NCBI GenBank assembly: GCA_049699855.1
Contig: JBNAWM010000039.1
Location: 1 to 13,367, forward strand
Reading direction: 5' to 3'
Origin: Candidatus Cryosericum sp.
GTDB lineage: Bacteria; Caldisericota; Caldisericia; Cryosericales; Cryosericaceae
DNA: 13,367 nt
In this document: positions 7,537 through 13,367 of the stretch, piece after piece
Layout of the letters: each line of letters begins with the position of its first letter
Position numbering within the stretch: the first letter of the stretch is position 1
Made by a program: the position numbers and the translations under genes
Notes under the pieces: model-generated
The model's input: the letters and a program-made list of their open reading frames with translations, nothing else
What the model was told of the DNA's origin: nothing
Database searches by the model: none

Positions 7537-7540
7537 CTGA

Positions 7541-9196
7541 GTGCTGAATCTACGTGAGACGATAGACCGGCAGGCCAACGTCGCGCTCAGGGACCTCCTC
7601 TCTGCCGAGGAGGTCCCTCTTGCAGTATGCTCGCTAGCGAAGCCCGGTTTTCTTGACTATACGCTGTCCCTGCCGATGAAAATTGCCCGCACTCGCCACA
7701 AATCGCCAGTGGCCATCGCACAGGAGTTGCAGCCTGTCCTCGCGGGCATGCCTGCAGCGGGCAGGGTCGAGGCGGTGGCCCCGGGGTATCTCAATATCCA
7801 GCTTGCCGACCAGTTCGTGGCCGAACAGCTGAGCCTCCTGCTTGCATCGCTCCCCGAAAATCTCCTGCACAAGGAAGACAACGGCCAGAAGATCCAGGTC
7901 GAGTTTGTGAGCGCCAATCCGACAGGTCCCCTGCACGTCGGTAACGGACGCGGGGCAGCTCTTGGATCGGTGCTTGCAGCCCTGCTGGAGACACAGGGCT
8001 ATGAGGTGGGCCGCGAGTATTATGTCAATGACTACGGGTCGAAGATGCGTCTGTTTACAGAGTCCATCGCCCATGAGTTGTTTCCGTTGATGGGCCTCGA
8101 GTTTCCCATGCCGGATGATGGTTACCGTGGTGCGTATATCCCCGAACTGGCGCGCGCTATCTTTGAGCGGCAATCAGCCCAGCTCAGCACGCTTGAAGGG
8201 GCAGACCGGCTGTCCCTGGTGGAGCGCGAAGGCAGGGAACTGGTTCTTGCAGGTATCAGGCAGGCGCTTGAAGAGATGGGCGTGTCATTTGACACATGGT
8301 TTTCGGAGCGTCAGCTCGTCGAAAATGGCTGGAATGACCGGGTATTGAAGCAGTTCCGGGAGCGGGGCGTTGTCTATGATCGCGATGGCGCTGTCTGGCT
8401 GCGTTCCACCGACTTCGGCGACGACAAGGACCGCGTGCTTGTCCGCCGCGATGGCGAGCCGACCTATACGCTGACGGATGCCGCCTACCACTTCAACAAG
8501 TTCGAACGTGGCTATCGCAAGAGCATCGATGTGTTTGGAGCGGACCATATCGGCCACATCGTTCCGATGCAGGCCCTGATGAAGAGTCTGGGGCTTCCCG
8601 ACGATTTCCTCGAGATCATCATCTATCAGATTGTCCACTTTTTGCGCGGAGGACAGCACATTGTTCTTTCCAAGCAGACCGGAGAGATCATCGAGCTGGC
8701 CGACTTGGTGCGCGAAGTGGGCAAGGATCAGGCGCGGGTCTTCTTTCTGCTTTCGTCTGCTGATTCAGAACTGGAGTTTGATCTGGAGGCCGCCAAGGCG
8801 AACTCACTGGACAATCCTGCCTACTATCTGAAGTATACGCACGCGAGGCTTGCCAGCGTCATCAGGCAGGCGCGGGGCATCGGCATTCCCGTTCCAACTC
8901 AGGCGCGCGCAGACGATGTTGTCCTGCTGACGACGATGGACGACCGCGAACTGCTGAAGTGTCTGTTGAAAGCTCAGGACGAGGTGGATGATGCTGCCCG
9001 GACCAGGCAGCCTCATCGGATACTGTACCTTGCCAGCGAACTCGCGAAGTCTGTCAATGTGTTCTACCAGAAGGAGAAGGTTCTTCAGGAGGACATCCAT
9101 CTGGCGCAGGCGCGTATGGTGCTCGTTGTTGCGGCCCAGCGTCTGCTGGAGGCGTACGCGTCCATCCTTGGCATCAGTCTGCCCGAGGCCATGTAG
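7541..9196 (+). CDS. argS: Arginine--tRNA ligase
   Basis: PGYLNI, VEFVSANPTGPLHVGNGRGA (HIGH-like), REYYVNDYG, FGDDKDRVL, GADHIGH, LSKQTG (KMSK-like), and NPAYYLKYTHAR of the DALR domain. GTG start with AAAGGA upstream. Confidence 0.96.
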   Translation: MLNLRETIDRQANVALRDLLSAEEVPLAVCSLAKPGFLDYTLSLPMKIARTRHKSPVAIAQELQPVLAGMPAAGRVEAVAPGYLNIQLADQFVAEQLSLLLASLPENLLHKEDNGQKIQVEFVSANPTGPLHVGNGRGAALGSVLAALLETQGYEVGREYYVNDYGSKMRLFTESIAHELFPLMGLEFPMPDDGYRGAYIPELARAIFERQSAQLSTLEGADRLSLVEREGRELVLAGIRQALEEMGVSFDTWFSERQLVENGWNDRVLKQFRERGVVYDRDGAVWLRSTDFGDDKDRVLVRRDGEPTYTLTDAAYHFNKFERGYRKSIDVFGADHIGHIVPMQALMKSLGLPDDFLEIIIYQIVHFLRGGQHIVLSKQTGEIIELADLVREVGKDQARVFFLLSSADSELEFDLEAAKANSLDNPAYYLKYTHARLASVIRQARGIGIPVPTQARADDVVLLTTMDDRELLKCLLKAQDEVDDAARTRQPHRILYLASELAKSVNVFYQKEKVLQEDIHLAQARMVLVVAAQRLLEAYASILGISLPEAM

Positions 9197-9208
9197 GCCA
9201 TGGGCAGA
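9178..9208 (+). other. Stem-loop spanning the argS stop codon (no U-tract)
   Basis: TCTGCCC (9178-9184) pairs with GGGCAGA (9202-9208); inner GGCC/GGCC pairs around the loop ATGTA. Confidence 0.45.
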
Positions 9209-9240
9209 GAGAGTCACTGTAAACAGGAAGTGAGGAGTCT

Positions 9241-9600
9241 ATGAGAGATTTGCGCAGACTGCGGCTGGAGTCATTTATCAGGCGCAGTGTTGAAGGCCAG
9301 CTAGTGTTGATGGACGATCCCGATTTGCGCCTGCTTACCGTGACGCGCATTGAGCTTTCCAGTGATGCGAGGCTCGCCAAGGTGTATGTCTCCAGCCTGG
9401 CGGGTGATGCAGTCCACCAGGAGGCACTGATGGCAGCGCTGTCAAGGGCATCGGGCAGGTTTCAGCAGAGGCTGGCCGAAGAGGTTTCGATGCGGTTCAC
9501 GCCACTGCTGTCCTTTCACTATGACGGGGGTTTTGTCAAGGGGACACAAGTAGTGGAACTGCTGACCCAGCTTGAGAAGGATGAGAAAAAGGATCCATGA
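9241..9600 (+). CDS. rbfA: Ribosome-binding factor A
   Basis: 119 aa; DPDL..LTVTRIELSSDARLAKVYVS, L..ASG, MRFTPLLSFHYD. GAGGAG RBS at 9232-9237. Followed by a DHH gene, a common context. Confidence 0.92.
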   Translation: MRDLRRLRLESFIRRSVEGQLVLMDDPDLRLLTVTRIELSSDARLAKVYVSSLAGDAVHQEALMAALSRASGRFQQRLAEEVSMRFTPLLSFHYDGGFVKGTQVVELLTQLEKDEKKDP

Positions 9601-10595
9601 GCACGCCACATCTTGAGACGATAGCGGCACGGATTCGCGGGGCAGGAGAGGTCTTTCTCTTTACGCACGAGTTCGCCGACGGCGATGCTCTTGGCTCCAT
9701 GGTCGCGCTGACGCTGTTTTTGCGCTCCATGGGCAAGGAAGTGCATGCATTTGTCCCCGGCCGGATACAGAACGCCTACCGTTTTCTGGGGACGGATGAG
9801 CTTCTCAACACCATGTCTGCTGGGGAAGCCATGGAGCGTGTGCGTTTGGGGCACGTGACGTGCCTGAGCGCTGACGCGGCTGATGTCGACCGTCTTGCCG
9901 AGTGGAAGCCATTGTTCCTGTCCGGAGCCGAACGGTTGGTGGTTGACCACCACGACACGAACACAGGTTTCGGCGATGTATGTGCCGTCGATGGGTCGTC
10001 CAGCTCGTGCTGTGAGGTGCTGCTGGAGCTCTTCACCATGGTAGATGCCACGCTGATCGATGCGAGGATAAGCTCGGCTCTGTACACGGGGCTGGTCGCA
10101 GACACAGGCTCTTTTCAATACGCAAACACGGGGGTTCAGTCGTTTGTTCATGCTGCTCGTCTTGTCGAGCTGGGGGCTTCCCCCGACACCATTGCACGCA
10201 GTATCTACGAGGCCAAGCCCTATGGTGGGCTGAGGCTCATGGCGGCGGCCGTTACGGCGTCGCGCCTCCTGTATGACGGCCAGGTCGTGCTGTCACACGT
10301 GACACGAGCGATGCTGCAGGATTCGGGTGCCCTGGATGAGGATACGGACGGGATTACCGACGAGTTGCGGCGCGTCGCCGGAACAAAGGTGATCATCGTG
10401 TTCAGGGAGGGCCAGGACGGGTCCGTCAAGGTGAGCCTGCGCGGAAAGTATGGGTTCGATGTGAAGCGTATCGCCACCGCATTTGGCGGCGGCGGACACC
10501 TGCTTGCCGCAGGCTGCACAATCATGAAAGGACTCGACGAGGCTGAGCAGCTGGTCCTCGCCGAACTCGACCGGTATCTGGGCACGTCCAGATAA
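9597..10595 (+). CDS. nrnA: DHH/DHHA1 phosphoesterase (NrnA-like nanoRNase/pAp phosphatase)
   Basis: THEFADGDALGS, VVDHH, LYTGLVADTGSFQY, KVSLRG, FGGGGHLLAAG. ATGA overlap with the rbfA stop. Confidence 0.9.
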   Translation: MSTPHLETIAARIRGAGEVFLFTHEFADGDALGSMVALTLFLRSMGKEVHAFVPGRIQNAYRFLGTDELLNTMSAGEAMERVRLGHVTCLSADAADVDRLAEWKPLFLSGAERLVVDHHDTNTGFGDVCAVDGSSSSCCEVLLELFTMVDATLIDARISSALYTGLVADTGSFQYANTGVQSFVHAARLVELGASPDTIARSIYEAKPYGGLRLMAAAVTASRLLYDGQVVLSHVTRAMLQDSGALDEDTDGITDELRRVAGTKVIIVFREGQDGSVKVSLRGKYGFDVKRIATAFGGGGHLLAAGCTIMKGLDEAEQLVLAELDRYLGTSR

Positions 10596-10642
10596 CACCG
10601 GTAACACCGGGGTCAGGTCTACACATTTTACAAAATCAGGTC
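10593..10642. repeat. Intergenic repeat cluster: 9-bp tandem duplication plus a REP-like GGGGTCAGGTCT motif
   Basis: TAACACCGG twice (10593-10610); GGGGTCAGGTCTACACATTTTACA (10609-10632); TCAGGTC repeated at 10613-10619 and 10636-10642. Confidence 0.55.
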
Positions 10643-10674
10643 CGGGACGTGGTACGCCCCCCGCAAGTTTGGTG

Positions 10675-12519
10675 TCAGTGTGCCTGGTCCATGAGCTGGA
10701 GAGTCGGGCAGGGATTCAGGTAGTCTTGGAGGCCGCAGGCATGACAGCCGGCTTCGCGGCAGGTCGGCAAGAGATGCCCCTCCTGCGCTGCACGGTATTC
10801 CTCGCGAAGGAACTCGGTGGATACGCCGGCATCGATCACCTGCCAGGGCAATTCGCTGTCCAGAGGAATACTGCGATATAAGAATGCTGCCGGGTCGATC
10901 CCGGCCGTGGCGATGGCGGCCATCCATACATCAAATCTGAACGACTCGCGCCAGCCGTCAAACTTGGCTCCGCTCCGCCAGGCAGTCTCAATGACATCCG
11001 CTACCGTGCGGTCGCCGCGGCTGAGCAGGCCTTCCAGGAACGCGGTGCGGGGATCCCCGAAATCGATGTGCAGCTTGCCCTTGAAACTCCGGAATCCCTT
11101 GCGCAGGTGGTCGATCTTGGCCTCATAGGACGCCGCCGTGTCCTGAGGGCACCACTGGAATGGAGTGTCCGGACGAGGGACGAAGGGGTTCACGGACAGG
11201 TTGATGGCGATGTCCCGACGGAATCCTTTGCCAAACGTGTAGATTCTGCTCACCAGGTCGACCATTGCGTCCAGATCTTCATCGGTCTCGGTCGGAAGGC
11301 CGAACATGAAGTAGAACTTGACCAGGTGCCAACCCTTGCCGAAAACGGTGCGCAAGGTCTCGAAGATGGATTCCTCGGTGATGTTCTTGTTGATGACGTC
11401 GCGGAGCCGCTGACTGCCCGCTTCGATAGCGAAGGTCAGCGAGCCTTCGCGCGTTCGTTTGATCTCATCGGCAAGGTAACCGGGAAAGTTTTCCATGCGC
11501 AGTGAAGGAAAGGAGATGGAGACTTTGTGCTCTTCCCTGTAGGTGCGCACGAGGTTGACCAGGCCGGGAAGGTCACTGTAGTCGGTGCTGCTCAGCGACA
11601 GCAGGCCGACCTCCTCATAGCCGGTATTGGCGACAAGCTGTTCAAGCTGTTTCTGGATCGTCGCCAGCGATCGTTCGCGGGTCGGCCGGTAGGATATGCC
11701 TGCTTCGCAGAACCGGCAGCCTCGTACGCATCCACGGAACAGCTCGATGACGCCGCGATCATGCACAAGCTCTCGATAAGGAACGATCGGGGCGGTCGGA
11801 GCGAAGGCCACGTCCAGGTCTGCGACGACCCGTTTGCGGACGTGAGCGGGCACATCAGGGCAGGCAGGTTCAGCAATGAGGTAGGGAGCATTGCCATGCG
11901 CCGGACGCACCGCGGTCAGCGAGGGCACGTAGACGCCTTCGACATCGCGTGCCAGCGTTCGAAGGGCAGTGGTGCGGTCCACGCCCGCCGCGCGCGAGGC
12001 TGCAAGGCTGCGCACGATGTCAGGAAACAGGTCTTCGCCGTCACCAATACCGAAGACATCCACAAAAGGTGCCATGGGCTCCGGATTAAAGGTGCAGCTG
12101 CCGCCAGCGAGGATGATCGGCCATTCCGTGCGGTTCTCCGATCGCAGGGGTATCCCTGACAGGTCGAGCATGTTGAGAACATTCGTGTAGGTCAGCTCGG
12201 TGCCGAGGCTGAATGCAAAGACGTCGAATGAGTCCACAGGCTTGCGACTCTCAAGCGAAAAAAGAGGAACCTTGTTCTGCCGGAGCCAATCTTCCAGGTC
12301 GTGGAAGGGTGCAAACACGCGTTCTGCGAGGACGCCGTCCAGGCTGTTGAGCAGGTGATAGAGGATGAGGATGCCGTGCGACGACATGCCCACCTCGTAG
12401 AGGTCCGGGTAGCTCAGGGCGACGTGGAAGTTGCTCTGCCAGCCCTTATGGACGGCATTGAGCTCATTTCCGGCGTAGCGCGACGGACCTTCAAAGCGTT
12501 CAAGCGAATGCATGTCCAT
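10675..12519 (-). CDS. TIGR03960-family B12-binding-like radical SAM protein
   Basis: PSRYAGNELNAVHK, YPDLYEVGMS, AERVFAP, PLFSLES, ELTYTNVLNMLDLSGIP, NPEPMAPF, the radical SAM motif RGCVRGCRFC, EAGSQRLRDVINK, YFMFGLPTETDEDL, FVPRPDTPFQW, GAKFDGW, and a Cys-rich tail (CREAGCHACG...C). Starts 1 nt after the rodA stop. Confidence 0.92.
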   Translation of the reverse strand: MDMHSLERFEGPSRYAGNELNAVHKGWQSNFHVALSYPDLYEVGMSSHGILILYHLLNSLDGVLAERVFAPFHDLEDWLRQNKVPLFSLESRKPVDSFDVFAFSLGTELTYTNVLNMLDLSGIPLRSENRTEWPIILAGGSCTFNPEPMAPFVDVFGIGDGEDLFPDIVRSLAASRAAGVDRTTALRTLARDVEGVYVPSLTAVRPAHGNAPYLIAEPACPDVPAHVRKRVVADLDVAFAPTAPIVPYRELVHDRGVIELFRGCVRGCRFCEAGISYRPTRERSLATIQKQLEQLVANTGYEEVGLLSLSSTDYSDLPGLVNLVRTYREEHKVSISFPSLRMENFPGYLADEIKRTREGSLTFAIEAGSQRLRDVINKNITEESIFETLRTVFGKGWHLVKFYFMFGLPTETDEDLDAMVDLVSRIYTFGKGFRRDIAINLSVNPFVPRPDTPFQWCPQDTAASYEAKIDHLRKGFRSFKGKLHIDFGDPRTAFLEGLLSRGDRTVADVIETAWRSGAKFDGWRESFRFDVWMAAIATAGIDPAAFLYRSIPLDSELPWQVIDAGVSTEFLREEYRAAQEGHLLPTCREAGCHACGLQDYLNPCPTLQLMDQAH

Positions 12520-12520
12520 G

Positions 12521-13366
12521 TTAGAACCTCAATTCATCGCGAGTGCGATAGACGCTGACAACCATGGAAGCCGCCAGGACCTGGGTGAGCAGGGAAGAGC
12601 CGCCATAGCTGATGAAAGGCAGGGGAATGCCCGTGACCGGCGAAAGACCGATGGTCATGCCCATGTTGATGGCCGCCTGAAGGAACCACATGCCTGCTGT
12701 GCCGATCACGATATAGCGGGCAAACTCGTCGCTGAGCGATCGGAAGACGAGGAACGTGGACCAGAGCAGGAGAATGAACAGGACCACCAGGAGCGCGCTG
12801 CCGGCGAAGCCAAACAGCTCTCCGACCAGCGAGAAGACAAAGTCCGCATACTGGACCGGCACAAACGACAGCGTAGCCTGGGTGCTTCCCGTGATACCAC
12901 GCCCCCACATGCCGCCAGACCCTGTAGCCACGATGGATTGCAGGACATTGTAGCCACTTCCAAGAGGGTCGGCCTGCGGATTGAGGAAGGTGTCGATGCG
13001 TGTCCGCTGATACGGTTTCAGACTAAGCCAGACACCGCCTGCAGCCACCATCAGCACCAATCCGAGAATGAGCAGTTGTCGGTTGGAGAGGCGGAAATGC
13101 AAGAGCATGATGACCGAAATGCCAAGCAGCATGCTCGCTGAGCCCAGATCAGGCTCCTTGGCGACAAGGACGACCGACGGTGCCACTGCCGCCAGAACGA
13201 GGAGGATTTTCGCACCGGTGCTTGGTTTTTTGTCGGGAAGAGTGAGAATGAATGCCACCAGGATGATGATCGCCAGTTTGTGAAGCTCGCTGGGTTGTAG
13301 GCTCTGGGAGCCAGGCAGGGCTATCCAGCGCCGCGAGCCATACAATCCAGTTCCGACGAAAAGCAC
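12521..13366 (-). CDS. rodA: SEDS-family peptidoglycan glycosyltransferase RodA (5' end outside the window)
   Basis: Multi-pass hydrophobic protein with RRWI...QPSE..K, EPDLGSA, LKPYQRTRI..FLNP..DPLGSGYNVLQS..A.GSGG..G.G, DFVFS...E.FG and PVTGIPLPFISYGGSS. RodA is favoured over FtsW by LKPYQ..RI and by adjacency to TIGR03960. Confidence 0.9.
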   Translation of the reverse strand: MLFVGTGLYGSRRWIALPGSQSLQPSELHKLAIIILVAFILTLPDKKPSTGAKILLVLAAVAPSVVLVAKEPDLGSASMLLGISVIMLLHFRLSNRQLLILGLVLMVAAGGVWLSLKPYQRTRIDTFLNPQADPLGSGYNVLQSIVATGSGGMWGRGITGSTQATLSFVPVQYADFVFSLVGELFGFAGSALLVVLFILLLWSTFLVFRSLSDEFARYIVIGTAGMWFLQAAINMGMTIGLSPVTGIPLPFISYGGSSLLTQVLAASMVVSVYRTRDELRF

Positions 13367-13367
13367 C

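Noticed and set aside
7537..7540. T-box leader for argS
   Set aside because: Only 4 nt separate gcvPB and argS, and no T-box motif is seen at the end of gcvPB.
10611..10650. SRP RNA suggested by TCAGGTCCGG
   Set aside because: The required continuation (GAAGGAAGCAGC) and a long enclosing helix are missing.
10644..10660. Minus-strand stem GGGGCGT-ACC-ACGTCCC as terminator of the rodA-radical SAM transcript
   Set aside because: A weak 7-bp stem with a 3-nt loop, and the nearest U-run is about 8 nt away; insufficient support.
11068..13141. Plus-strand ORFs of 145-210 aa (11068-11505, 11527-12159, 12512-13141)
   Set aside because: Antisense shadows of the radical SAM and rodA genes with no family motifs.
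1..13367. CRISPR array, transposase, prophage or defence system
   Set aside because: No regularly spaced repeats seen. All but one of the large genes match housekeeping or widely conserved families, and intergenic gaps are too small to hide such elements.

Overview
A GC-rich, densely coding bacterial housekeeping region with no CRISPR array, rRNA/tRNA, transposase or prophage gene. Order: 3' end of hemW (+) >< divergent ychF (-) <> orphan 247-aa ORF, secreted G5/3D cell-wall protein, rsmA (+) | gcvH-gcvPA-gcvPB-argS-rbfA-DHH/DHHA1 phosphoesterase (+) >< TIGR03960-type radical SAM, rodA (-, partial). The divergent sequences and scrambled gene order give the impression of a deep-branching anaerobe such as Caldisericota/Cryosericum (unverified inference). 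I found no clear novel multi-gene system. The best leads are: (i) a YchF lacking the canonical switch I/K-loop and catalytic His; (ii) a possible bidirectional promoter and a structured ~145-nt leader ahead of an orphan gene coupled to the yabE/rpfB-like-rsmA pair; (iii) a REP-like motif with a 9-bp tandem duplication where the radical SAM's usual partner gene is absent; (iv) an anomalous gcvPA start. All calls come from motif recognition by eye; no searches were run.
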